From assembly GCA_900290255.1 (NCBI GenBank), contig OMOD01000122.1, forward strand, positions 14,314-78,313: a stretch of DNA of 64,000 bases. The letters are read 5' to 3'. The notes under the pieces are model-generated. The model saw only the letters and a list, made by a program, of their open reading frames with translations, was not told the DNA's origin and searched no databases. Position 1 is the stretch's first letter, and each line of letters starts with the position of its first letter. Origin of the DNA: Candidatus Sulfotelmatobacter kueseliae (GTDB lineage Bacteria; Acidobacteriota; Terriglobia; Terriglobales; Acidobacteriaceae). The translations under genes were made by a program, and so were the position numbers. Of the stretch, positions 29,313-38,125 are shown in pieces.

Positions 29313-30563
29313 ATGAATTCCGTTTCCCAAACAGGAGTCTGCGTCGTAGGGGCGGGTCCCTATGGTCTCGCGATTGCGGCGCACTTGCGCCATCTCGGCT
29401 TGGATTTCCGCATTTTTGGGTCTCCGATGCGGCGCTGGCTTACCCAGATGCCGACAGCCATGCTTTTGAAATCAGAAGGATGCGCCTCTAACCTGCCTGA
29501 CCCGGAGGGCCGCCATACCCTTCCCCAATTCTGCCGCGAGGCGGGTCTTCCATTCGCCGATTATGGTGTTCCCTTGTCGCGTGAGATCTTTGCTAGATAT
29601 GCGCTCTGCTTCCAGCAAAAGCTCGTCCCTCAGGTGGAAGATGTTTTGGTCGACGCGGTCAGCAGAACAGGGAACGGTTTTGAAGTACGCCTCAACAGTG
29701 GAGAGAAGTTAAGGGCAGCTCAGGTCATCATCGCTACGGGCATGGACCGCATGGAACAGGTTCCTGAGCAACTCCGCGGTTTGCCGTCTGAACTGTGTTC
29801 ACACTCTGCGGCGCACTACGACCTGAGCAAGTTCAAGGGCAAAGAAGTGATAGTGCTCGGCCGCGGACAGTCGGGGCTGGAGACAGCGGCGTTGCTCCGG
29901 GAGGAAGGAGCTTCTGTCACTCTTGTGGTGCGCGCGTCGACGATAGCCTGGAATAGGGTTCCGTCGACCGAGCACCGCTCGTTCTATCAGCGTCTGCGAC
30001 GTCCCAGAACGCAACTTGGCGAGGGCCTTCAGCTTTGGGTTTACGATAATGCGCCCCAGTTGTTTCACCTTCTCCCGCTGCAGGTTCGCCTTTCACGAGT
30101 GAAGGCATCGCTTGGTCCGGCCGGGGCTTGGTGGCTGAAGGACCGGGTCCTGGGGCAGATGCCGATTCTGCTTGGTCATCAATTGCGTAGTGCTGAAGAG
30201 CGGAACGGACACATCGTGCTGCATCTGACCGACCAGAATGAGCAACCAAAACAACTGATAGCCGATCACGTTATCGCAGGAACCGGGTATCGGTTTGACT
30301 TCCAAAAGCTTCCCTTCCTGGATGAGGGCCTCAAGTCGCGAATCAAACATGAAGCGCAGAAGCCTGAGCTATCGTCCCACTTCGAGTCTTCTGTGCCGGG
30401 ATTGTACTTCTGCGGTTTAGCCAGCGCGAACTCTTTCGGGCCCGTCATGCGGTTTCTGGCAGGAACAGGCTTCACAGCTCGTCGTATCTCGACGCATATC
30501 GCGAAAGGACAACACTCGCGGGCGGCTTCGTTCGCTCGACTGCAAAAATGCGGAGAAAACTGA
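29313..30563 (+). CDS. Two-dinucleotide-binding flavoprotein, class-B monooxygenase-like (paralogue of 22259-23497)
   Basis: VCVVGAGPYGLAIAAHL, VIVLGRGQSGLETAALL, VIAGTGYRFDF. Collinear similarity to 22259-23497 over the full length. Confidence 0.7.
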   Translation: MNSVSQTGVCVVGAGPYGLAIAAHLRHLGLDFRIFGSPMRRWLTQMPTAMLLKSEGCASNLPDPEGRHTLPQFCREAGLPFADYGVPLSREIFARYALCFQQKLVPQVEDVLVDAVSRTGNGFEVRLNSGEKLRAAQVIIATGMDRMEQVPEQLRGLPSELCSHSAAHYDLSKFKGKEVIVLGRGQSGLETAALLREEGASVTLVVRASTIAWNRVPSTEHRSFYQRLRRPRTQLGEGLQLWVYDNAPQLFHLLPLQVRLSRVKASLGPAGAWWLKDRVLGQMPILLGHQLRSAEERNGHIVLHLTDQNEQPKQLIADHVIAGTGYRFDFQKLPFLDEGLKSRIKHEAQKPELSSHFESSVPGLYFCGLASANSFGPVMRFLAGTGFTARRISTHIAKGQHSRAASFARLQKCGEN

Positions 30564-30592
30564 AACGGACGAGAAATCAGGACCGGGGAGAG

Positions 30593-31864
30593 ATGTTGCC
30601 TGCTCTGGATACGAAGTACCCAGCCCTGATCCTTAAAATGAGCCCCAACGTCATTCACCACGGGGCTTTGGCGGTTACACGAACGCTGGGCAGGCTTGGT
30701 GTGCCTGTTTATGCCGTTGTTGAGGACGCCTATGCGCCCCTGGCCTTGTCGCGGTATCTGACGAAGGCCTTCGTCTGGGACAGTCGCCCGACTGATTCAG
30801 AATCGTTCGTGAAGGCCATGTCGCTAGTTGCGGAAGCGATTGCTCAACCCGCAATCATCATTCCAATGGATGATCTGTCGGCGGTATTTGTTGCTGAAAA
30901 CGCGGCGAATCTCGGTCGATGGTTCGTTATTCCACGGGTCCCGCCACAGCTTCCGCATCAACTCGCGAACAAGGCCTGCCTTCTGACCCTCTGCGCTCAA
31001 GTCGGGATACCTAGTGCACGAAGTGTGGTTCCCCAGTCTTTTGCTGATGTCAAGGCGTTTGCCGAGGGTACAGAATTCCCAGTGGTGGTGAAGGCGGTCG
31101 AACAATGGCTTCCAGTAAGTAACGCGTGGTGCGCAAAAGTGATACAGACGCGTGAAGAACTATTCAGTCTTTGCGCAGATTACAACTGCGAGGAAACGCA
31201 GCGCCTGATTATTCAGGAGCATATTCCCGGAGACGATTGGATCTGCCATGGATATTACAATTCAGAAAAAAATATAAGCTTGACCTTTACAGGAAAAAAG
31301 CTACGTGGCTATCCGCCAGACGCTGGATCAACTTCGCTGGGCATTTCGGTTGACAACGAAACGTTGCGTAGCGCAAGCGAGAAGCTCCTAAGGTCTGTGG
31401 CGTATTCGGGAATTATCGACATGGACTGGCGAAAGGATGAACGGGATGGAGAGTTCAAGATGCTGGACTGCAACCCACGCGTCGGTCAGAACTTCCGGAT
31501 GTTCGAGAACAGTGCGGGAGTTGACGTGGTTCGGGCGCAGCATCTGGATCTGTCCGGGCGGCGCTTTGACAACGCCAGCCTGAGGGAAGGCCGGTTGTTT
31601 ACGGTTGAGCCGTACTATGCCTTGGCATTTCTCCGTGGCCTGCCTCGGAGTGCTTCGAAACAAGACGCAGCTGAGTATTTCCCGCACAAAGGCAAGGAGC
31701 TGGCGTGGTGGAGCGGCGACGATCCATTGCCGTTTCTTATGATGAGCGTTCGTCTGGTCATGAGAGTTCTAGGAAAGGCATTGGGGCGCCTCTGGTCTCC
31801 ACTCCGCTCGAGGTTTCGGCGTCACTTCCGAATTAAGAAACCAGCCGTTCTAGACGCCGGATGA
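30593..31864 (+). CDS. ATP-grasp domain protein (COG3919-like predicted ligase)
   Basis: ORF 30548..31864; ATG 30593 avoids overlap with the upstream gene. FPVVVKAVEQW..., IIQEHIPGDD, FKMLDCNPRVGQNF. Confidence 0.7.
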   Translation: MLPALDTKYPALILKMSPNVIHHGALAVTRTLGRLGVPVYAVVEDAYAPLALSRYLTKAFVWDSRPTDSESFVKAMSLVAEAIAQPAIIIPMDDLSAVFVAENAANLGRWFVIPRVPPQLPHQLANKACLLTLCAQVGIPSARSVVPQSFADVKAFAEGTEFPVVVKAVEQWLPVSNAWCAKVIQTREELFSLCADYNCEETQRLIIQEHIPGDDWICHGYYNSEKNISLTFTGKKLRGYPPDAGSTSLGISVDNETLRSASEKLLRSVAYSGIIDMDWRKDERDGEFKMLDCNPRVGQNFRMFENSAGVDVVRAQHLDLSGRRFDNASLREGRLFTVEPYYALAFLRGLPRSASKQDAAEYFPHKGKELAWWSGDDPLPFLMMSVRLVMRVLGKALGRLWSPLRSRFRRHFRIKKPAVLDAG

Positions 31865-31988
31865 AGTCGATTGGACGTGCGTCCCCCACCGAGACCTAAA
31901 CATCGCAGGGCCCAGTTTACGGGGTATTCCTCTTCTCCAAAGGCCCAACAGCGCTTGAATCTGCCAGAAGCTGAATCATAACCTGCCG

Positions 31989-32765
31989 CTAGCTCGGAGA
32001 ATTTTGGCCTGCCAGGAACCCGCCGTCGAGAACCATGCACTGGCCCGTCATGAAAGAGGCGCGATCCGAGCACATCCATACCACCGCCTCGGCCACTTCG
32101 GCCGGTCTTCCGAAACGGCCAACAGGATGGCAACTCAGAACATATTTGTGGACGTTGGGAGCCCCAAAGAGACGCTCGGACATAGACGTTTCGATCACTC
32201 CGGGGCAAACTGCGTTGATGCGAATTCCACTGCGTGCCATTTCCAGCGCGGTAGACTTCGTCAGCCCGATCACTCCATGTTTGCTCGCGCTATACGCTGC
32301 CGCCCCCGCAGACCCGACTAGGCCTGTAATCGAAGCCATGTTTACGATTGCTCCACCCTTACCCTGCTTCACCATCTGCTTAATTTCATACTTCAGGCAG
32401 AGCCAGGCACCCTTGAGATTGACTTGAATGGTCCGATCCCAATCTTCTTCGGATTGTCTGATGATCGGTGCCCAGACGCCTTCGATCCCTGCGTTATTGA
32501 AGGCTACGTCCAAGCGACCAAATCTCTCTACTGCTTTCTGGATGAGCGCTTCGACTTCGGAGGCTTTTGAGACATCGGCTTTTACGAATAGGCCCTCGCC
32601 TCCGGAGGCACGGATCAACTCGATCGTTTCCTCGCCTTCCGGCTCGCGTCGGCCCGCAATCACTACTTTTGCACCCGATTTCGCGAAAAGTACGGAGGTC
32701 TCACGGCCCACACCCGACGTCCCACCAGTGACGAGGCCGACCTTGCCTTCCAATTCTCTTGTCAT
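31989..32765 (-). CDS. Short-chain dehydrogenase/reductase (FabG/glucose-1-dehydrogenase-like)
   Basis: GKVGLVTGGTSGVGRET (TGxxxGxG), NNAG, YSASKHGVIGLTK (YxxxK), PGVIET. Confidence 0.9.
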   Translation of the reverse strand: MTRELEGKVGLVTGGTSGVGRETSVLFAKSGAKVVIAGRREPEGEETIELIRASGGEGLFVKADVSKASEVEALIQKAVERFGRLDVAFNNAGIEGVWAPIIRQSEEDWDRTIQVNLKGAWLCLKYEIKQMVKQGKGGAIVNMASITGLVGSAGAAAYSASKHGVIGLTKSTALEMARSGIRINAVCPGVIETSMSERLFGAPNVHKYVLSCHPVGRFGRPAEVAEAVVWMCSDRASFMTGQCMVLDGGFLAGQNSPS

Positions 32766-32894
32766 AGTTCCCCTTGCGAATCAGACTATCTCAAGATAGA
32801 CGAAAGAGACCGCGGATTGCTTGATGCTTTCGATAAAACGGTTACGTCTGAATACCTTCGGTGAGAAGGCCGGTGAGTGTCAAGGGAGAATGGG

Positions 32895-33344
32895 ATGAGC
32901 TCTGGCAGATTCGGAGAGACAGGATGCAAGCTGGTGGGGACCTGGAAGTTGGTGTCTGTCTCGGGCACAACATCGACCGGGGAGCGAAGCGAAACTCCCT
33001 ACGGTCTCAACCCAATTGGCTTTCTTATCTATTCTGAAGATGGCAAGGTAACCGCCATGATCAGCTACGGCGGCCGAAAGCCAATCTCTGTCGGAGCTGG
33101 GGCGGAAGAACAGGCTGAGGCATTCAGAACATTTCTTGGCTATGCGGGGCGGTACACGCTCAGCGGAGACAAGGTCACCCATCACATCGAAATTTCATCG
33201 ATTCAGAACTACGTAGGCAAGGAACTGGTCCGAAGCGTCAAATTCCAGGATGATCGAATTACATTGGTTACACCGCCGACGCCAGTGAGCGGGAAAGTCC
33301 AAACCCTCGAATTGGTCTGGCAACGTCTACCGGTTGAGTCTTAA
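32895..33344 (+). CDS. Lipocalin-like domain protein
   Basis: ORF 32877..33344; ATG 32895 behind AGGGAG. LVGTWKLVSVSGTTSTGERSETPYGLNPIGFLIYSEDGKVTAMI and GYAGRYTLSGDKVTHHI are typical of lipocalin-like beta-barrel proteins. Confidence 0.6.
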   Translation: MSSGRFGETGCKLVGTWKLVSVSGTTSTGERSETPYGLNPIGFLIYSEDGKVTAMISYGGRKPISVGAGAEEQAEAFRTFLGYAGRYTLSGDKVTHHIEISSIQNYVGKELVRSVKFQDDRITLVTPPTPVSGKVQTLELVWQRLPVES

Positions 33345-33382
33345 TAGGTGCAACGGCGTGTACAGCGCCGCGTCAAAGCAAT

Positions 33383-33422
33383 AGTAGTGCACACAATGCC
33401 AGAGTAGTGGACACAATGCCAG
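33383..33422. repeat. Tandem direct repeat, 2 x 20 nt (agtagtgSacacaatgccag), 127 nt upstream of the P450 start
   Basis: 33383-33402 agtagtgcacacaatgccag is immediately followed by 33403-33422 agtagtggacacaatgccag (19/20 identical). Confidence 0.9.
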
Positions 33423-33548
33423 CCGATGGGCGATCACAACGGGAAGAACCCTGAGTTAAGCTTGTTCTTCTTTAGTGCTGACGCTGCGGAACGAAAAACC
33501 AACAGTACGACATGCTAACTTAGATTTCATCTTGCGAGGAAATAAAGG

Positions 33549-34778
33549 TTGTCCCAGCTAATCGCCAAAAACAAGAAAGTCCTTTTCAGCGACGAGATCC
33601 TGCAGGACCCGTATCCTACATATGCCCGCCTCCATGAGGAAGGTCCCTTGCATTACGTCGAGGTCGCCGGCAAGTGGGCCGTGTGGTCGATTTTCAGCCA
33701 CGCCGAATGCTCATCGATTGCGAAGGACACGCGGCTCTCTGCCAAACGCGCGCAGCAAATGTTACTGCCCTTGCCGCTGAGCCGCCAGGCCGAATTCGGC
33801 GAACTCGCGCGCATGTTGAGCCTGTGGCTGATTTTCATGGATCCGCCGGAGCACACGCGGTTGCGGAAGCTTCTCAATAAGGGATTTTCAGCCGGCGCTG
33901 TCGAGGCCCTGCGCCCTAAAGCCGAGGCCATCGTCGATAAAATGCTGAAGCCACTGAAACATGGTTCGGAAGTCGAACTGATGAGTGAGTTCGCAAATCC
34001 GATGCCGGTACGCATCATTTCAGAACTGCTGGGCGTACCGGAGGCAATGCATGGCACATTTGTGAATGCCTCCCGGGCAATTGCAGTGTTTAGGGGTAAC
34101 CCGAATCGAACCGTGGAAGAGGCCCGCGCCGCCCAAGACGCTCTTATTGAACTGACCAACTTTTTCCGAAAGACTGTGGCGGAACGAAGACGCAATAAGG
34201 GAAACGACCTGATCAGTCTCCTGATTGACATCGAGGAAGAAGGAGAAGTGCTGACGGAAGAAGAGCTCTACGCGCAATGCGTCGCGCTGCTTTTCGCAGG
34301 ACATGAGACGACCCGCAACCTGATCGGTAATGGAATGTACACGCTGCTTCAAAACCCGCAGCAGACAGCGGAACTACGCGAGAATTCTGATCTGATTCGA
34401 TCGGCCGTGGAGGAACTCTTGCGTTTCGAAAGCCCTGTGCAGTTTACGGCACGCGTGCTCAAAGAAGATATTGAGCTTTGCGGCCAGTACATACCGAAGG
34501 GATGGTCGATACTATGTATGCTCGGTGCTGCAAACCGGGATCCCAGGCAATTCAAGGAACCGAATCGGTTAGACCTGAAGAGACTGAACAATCAACACTT
34601 GGCGTTCAGTGCGGGTCTGCATTTTTGCATCGGGGCCCAACTGGCACGCTTAGAAGGGCAGATTGCGATCCTGAATCTAGTACAGCACTTTCCAAAGATG
34701 AGACTCGCAGGTCCGCGGCCCGAATGGGCTTCCACATTTGGATTTAGGGGCCTGAAAAGTCTTCCCGTAGTTTTGTGA
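33549..34778 (+). CDS. Cytochrome P450
   Basis: FSAGLHFCIGAQLA (heme Cys loop), AVEELLRFESP (ExxR), LLFAGHETT (I-helix). TTG start behind GAGGAAA. Confidence 0.9.
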   Translation: MSQLIAKNKKVLFSDEILQDPYPTYARLHEEGPLHYVEVAGKWAVWSIFSHAECSSIAKDTRLSAKRAQQMLLPLPLSRQAEFGELARMLSLWLIFMDPPEHTRLRKLLNKGFSAGAVEALRPKAEAIVDKMLKPLKHGSEVELMSEFANPMPVRIISELLGVPEAMHGTFVNASRAIAVFRGNPNRTVEEARAAQDALIELTNFFRKTVAERRRNKGNDLISLLIDIEEEGEVLTEEELYAQCVALLFAGHETTRNLIGNGMYTLLQNPQQTAELRENSDLIRSAVEELLRFESPVQFTARVLKEDIELCGQYIPKGWSILCMLGAANRDPRQFKEPNRLDLKRLNNQHLAFSAGLHFCIGAQLARLEGQIAILNLVQHFPKMRLAGPRPEWASTFGFRGLKSLPVVL

Positions 34779-35184
34779 AGCTTGGTTCCTGATCTCCACT
34801 CAGCCCCTGCCTCGCTCGAATCCCTCAAAAGTCATCCTTCCCACCCGTCCATCTTCATCTTTCTGTCTTCCAAGCCGGCCTGACCTAACCCTGGAAACCT
34901 CTGACAAAACCTCGTTGCCGCGCGACTCGTACGCCGTGCGCCCGGCTGTGGCACTGCATACAAAGTGTGATGAGGTTTATCTCGGAATCCGCTCCCGAGT
35001 GACTGCGGAATTCCTTTTGGTGGACCCCGATGTTGGCCATCGTGCCGCATGTTCGGCACGGATCATTTCCAAGCAGTAGCTGCGGGATGGGTCACTCCCC
35101 AGCATCCCGGGCTCGCCCGGAACGGGCCACCGAAAGCTGCGTGGCTGGGGAGCGGATTGACTTTCAAGGTCGCTGGGGCAGTCC

Positions 35185-35430
35185 CTACGCAGCCTTTTTC
35201 ACAACACCGGGCATCTCATTCCCAGCGCCGGCAAGGGCACGGAGCTCCGAGGCCATGCAAATCAAGAAGCACACCACACTGCCCTCGAGCAGATTCCGGT
35301 CCGACAGGTCTATTTTCAAGAACAGCGCCCTCGCAATGTGGATATGGAAAATTCCCCCGCAGACGAGCGCGATCCAACCGACGTAGTAGGTAATTCTTCC
35401 AACCAGCTGCAATCGAGCAACGTGACCCAT
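35185..35430 (-). CDS. Small two-span membrane protein (paralogue of 35989-36210)
   Basis: ATG preceded by AGGAGG at 8 nt. Two hydrophobic helices. LLEGSVVCFLICMASE aligns with FLDGAMLFFVMAIASS of the divergent neighbour. Confidence 0.55.
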   Translation of the reverse strand: MGHVARLQLVGRITYYVGWIALVCGGIFHIHIARALFLKIDLSDRNLLEGSVVCFLICMASELRALAGAGNEMPGVVKKAA

Positions 35431-35741
35431 GGTGATTACCCTCCTGGCTTTTCGTTAGCTGAATGAAAAATCCTTAAAACTGGTGCAATTGACGAACGGG
35501 AGCATTGTACACGGCGAAAGAAGGCATGTTGCTGATAAAACGACACTCCCCCTTGTCACGGTATTGTTTGGTGGTGAACTTCCAAATTCGACATCAGTCC
35601 GCATAATTTGACACCGCCAGCAGTCACAGCGCAGAACCTGTTGCCTCAGTTTCTCTACGTTGCGGGATCGAGCCGCAACCGCGGCCTTGGGGCGGATTCG
35701 TTTTATGCCGCTGCCTCGCTCAGTTGCTTGAGGAAAGTTGT

Positions 35742-35795
35742 TTCTGGGCTTCGGGCAAGGGAAGAACCGCGTCACTGAAAACAGCAGAGTCTCCG
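35742..35795. repeat. Copy 1 of an imperfect ~55-nt direct repeat (second copy 36414-36471)
   Basis: ttctgggcttcgggcaagg...ctgaaaacagcag...ctccg. It shares 17/19 nt at the start and an identical 13-mer ctgaaaacagcag with copy 2. Confidence 0.8.
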
Positions 35796-35800
35796 CATCT

Positions 35801-35819
35801 CCTAATTTGCCAAATTAGG
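35801..35819. promoter_or_regulatory. Perfect 9-1-9 palindrome cctaatttg-c-caaattagg between the divergent small membrane-protein genes
   Basis: Exact inverted repeat with a 1-nt spacer, too short a loop for a hairpin and so more like a dimeric-regulator operator. Lies 170 nt upstream of ATG 35989. Confidence 0.35.
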
Positions 35820-35988
35820 ACACTGCCAACATGAAACAAAAGGCCGCAGTTGTGGGATAAGGTATACTCACGCAAAGGTAGGGGCGAGAACGCGGATTCT
35901 CGCATAACATGCTGGCATCGTTGTTCAGGTTGTGTCGGGGGGCGACGGTAGTCTCCTCCTCTGGAAATCGACGAAAAGGAGAATGAAC

Positions 35989-36210
35989 ATGGAAAAACGA
36001 CTATGCAACGCATCCTATTGGATCGGTATCGTCAGCACGGTACTTGCTGTGATCATGCGGGGGCTCGCAATAGTGGGTGTTTTTGTGTTCCCCGCATCTC
36101 CGGGGGCGATCCGGATCTCCTATCACACCTTCCTTGACGGGGCCATGCTGTTCTTTGTCATGGCGATTGCCAGTTCGGTCACCATGTGGGCTAAATCGCA
36201 AAAATCGTAG
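35989..36210 (+). CDS. Small two-span membrane protein (paralogue of 35185-35430)
   Basis: ORF 35932..36210; ATG 35989 behind AAGGAG. Two hydrophobic helices. Confidence 0.55.
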   Translation: MEKRLCNASYWIGIVSTVLAVIMRGLAIVGVFVFPASPGAIRISYHTFLDGAMLFFVMAIASSVTMWAKSQKS

Positions 36211-36413
36211 AGTGCCTGGTCGATGAAGAGCCCTTCGGCTGCGCTTGGCCCTGAAAAAGGGATGCCCAGCGCCGAGAAAAAGCAAGTGGCAGCATAGCCG
36301 TTGCCACAGTGGCCCTGTAATCAATCTGGCCCGGTTACGATCGTGTGGGTACGTGGTGGAGACAAGCCACACCGATGCCCTAGCAGCGGCTCGGACAACA
36401 GTGTCTGACCTGC

Positions 36414-36471
36414 TTCTGGGCCTCGGGCAAGAAGCGGAAGAATCGGGTTGCTGAAAACAGCAGGGTTTCCG
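36414..36471. repeat. Copy 2 of the imperfect ~55-nt direct repeat
   Basis: ttctgggcctcgggcaaga...ctgaaaacagcag...ttccg; see 35742-35795. Confidence 0.8.
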
Positions 36472-36689
36472 GATCGCCATTGTCCAAGTTGGCTCCCTCC
36501 AGAAAGTCGGCACAGATCATTCAAATCCCTCCGAGCTGTTGAAGATCGCAGCCGATCACTACCCAAACATCCGAGTGCCAGCGGCAGCATCACCATCACC
36601 TCCAACGCTTCCGATCCTAGTGGCGGTCGTGCCTGTTCCGACAACGTAATGGTCAGGGTGGAGGACAGACAGTGATTCCGCCGAAGAGA

Positions 36690-37526
36690 TCAGCTCCTCC
36701 GCTCTTGCAGATATCTCCGCAGAGCATCCTGCCAGTTGGGCATAGCAATCCCGTATGGCTGCAGGCTTCTGGCAGAGAGAACCGAGTAAGCCGGACGCGG
36801 CGCGGGACGCGCCATCCGCTCAGTACTGACCGGCCACACCTCCGTGGCCAGTCCGGCGCTCTTTACGATTTCGTGCGCGAGCTCAAACCAGGAACAGTGC
36901 CCAGCGTTAGTGATATGCACAATACCGGTCGCGCCCTTGCGGCACAGTTGGATGATCGCCCGCGCCAGATCCAGGGAATACGTGGGGCAGCCACGCTGGT
37001 CGTTCACAACATCCAGCGCGGGGCGGCTGGCCGCCAGCTTCAGAATCGTGTGCGGGAAGCATTTGCCGCCCATGCCGAACATCCACGCTGTCCTTACAAT
37101 GCAGCACTGCGGAAGGACTTCCAGCAACCGGACCTCCGCCTCCGCCTTCGACCGACCATAGATGCTCTGCGGATTCCGTACATCGTCAATCTCGTAGGGG
37201 GATGTTTTCGTTCCGTCGAAAACATAATCCGAACTGAGAAACAGGACCTTCGTGCTGACCCGCTTCGCAGCCTCAGCGACATTCACGGCCCCATCACGGT
37301 TTACCGCGAATGCCAGTTCCTGATTGCTCTCGCAGCCATCCACATCTGTGTAAGCGGCCGCCAGTACAATCCAGTCCGGCTGGTTCTTCTCAACAACCTC
37401 GCGCACGTTGGCCGCGTCGCGAATGTCCACATCCTCGACGCTGAGACCCGCAACATCGTCTCCGGTCCACTCGCGCATGAGCGCCTGACCTAGCAGGCCG
37501 GAGGCACCAAAGATCGTTACTCGCAT
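36690..37526 (-). CDS. rfbD: dTDP-4-dehydrorhamnose reductase
   Basis: MRVTIFGASGLLGQAL, AAYTDVDGCE, SSDYVFDG, YGRSKAEAE, full length. Confidence 0.9.
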   Translation of the reverse strand: MRVTIFGASGLLGQALMREWTGDDVAGLSVEDVDIRDAANVREVVEKNQPDWIVLAAAYTDVDGCESNQELAFAVNRDGAVNVAEAAKRVSTKVLFLSSDYVFDGTKTSPYEIDDVRNPQSIYGRSKAEAEVRLLEVLPQCCIVRTAWMFGMGGKCFPHTILKLAASRPALDVVNDQRGCPTYSLDLARAIIQLCRKGATGIVHITNAGHCSWFELAHEIVKSAGLATEVWPVSTERMARPAPRPAYSVLSARSLQPYGIAMPNWQDALRRYLQERRS

Positions 37527-37543
37527 GGTGTGATTTCTCTTTC

Positions 37544-38125
37544 TTACTCGAAGGTCTCGGTATCGCGGAGAGCGACGCCGCGCTGGTCTTTCGGAGATAC
37601 GATTGGCTCGCCTCCCAGTTCCCAGTCAATCTTCAAGTCCGGATCGTTCCACGCCAGCGTGCGCTCGTATTGCGGAGCGTAGTAATCGGTGGCCTTGTAC
37701 AGAACGTGTGCCTTGTCCGAAGTTACGCAGAATCCGTGGGCAAAGCCCGCCGGTATCCACAAGATGCGCCGGTTGTCGCCAGACAGGCGAACGGCTTCCC
37801 ATTGGCCAAACGTCGGCGAACCGCGGCGCAGGTCCACGGCAACATCGAGGATCTCGCCTTCCACCACCCGCACCAGTTTGCCCTGCGGATGCTTGATCTG
37901 GTAATGCAGCCCGCGCAGGACATTGCGCTGAGAACAGGAATGATTGTCCTGCACAAACCGATCCTGGATGCCCAGGTCCGCCAGGGCGCGCTGGTTGTAG
38001 CTTTCCAGGAAGAATCCGCGCCCGTCGCCGAACACGCGCGGCTCGAGAAGCAACAGGCCGGGCAGAGAAGTCGAAGTTTTCTTGAACGCATCCATCGCAG
38101 GTTTCACCACGGAAGCTTCACCCAT
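37544..38125 (-). CDS. rfbC: dTDP-4-dehydrorhamnose 3,5-epimerase
   Basis: Start taken at ATG 38125-38123, which overlaps the rfbA TGA (TGATG). LLLLEPRVFGDGRGFFLESYN, RGLHYQ, AHGFCV. Confidence 0.9.
   Translation of the reverse strand: MGEASVVKPAMDAFKKTSTSLPGLLLLEPRVFGDGRGFFLESYNQRALADLGIQDRFVQDNHSCSQRNVLRGLHYQIKHPQGKLVRVVEGEILDVAVDLRRGSPTFGQWEAVRLSGDNRRILWIPAGFAHGFCVTSDKAHVLYKATDYYAPQYERTLAWNDPDLKIDWELGGEPIVSPKDQRGVALRDTETFE

Noticed and set aside
33383-33422. CRISPR array or other long tandem arrays.
   Set aside because: I found only a two-unit 20-nt tandem repeat with no spacers. No repeat-spacer periodicity was seen anywhere in the window, and no cas-like genes.
36672-37493. Long antisense ORFs overlapping well-supported genes. 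Examples: 36672..37493 (+) opposite rfbD, 38320..39240 (+) opposite rfbA, 23432..24286 (-) opposite metY, 2636..3781 (-) opposite lysC, 12014..12778 (-), 17428..18051 (-), 4471..5058 (-), and many short ORFs inside the NRPS-PKS.
   Set aside because: They have Arg/Pro/Gly-rich, low-complexity translations with no motifs. Each lies opposite a gene with clear family signatures. This is typical of spurious open frames in GC-rich DNA.
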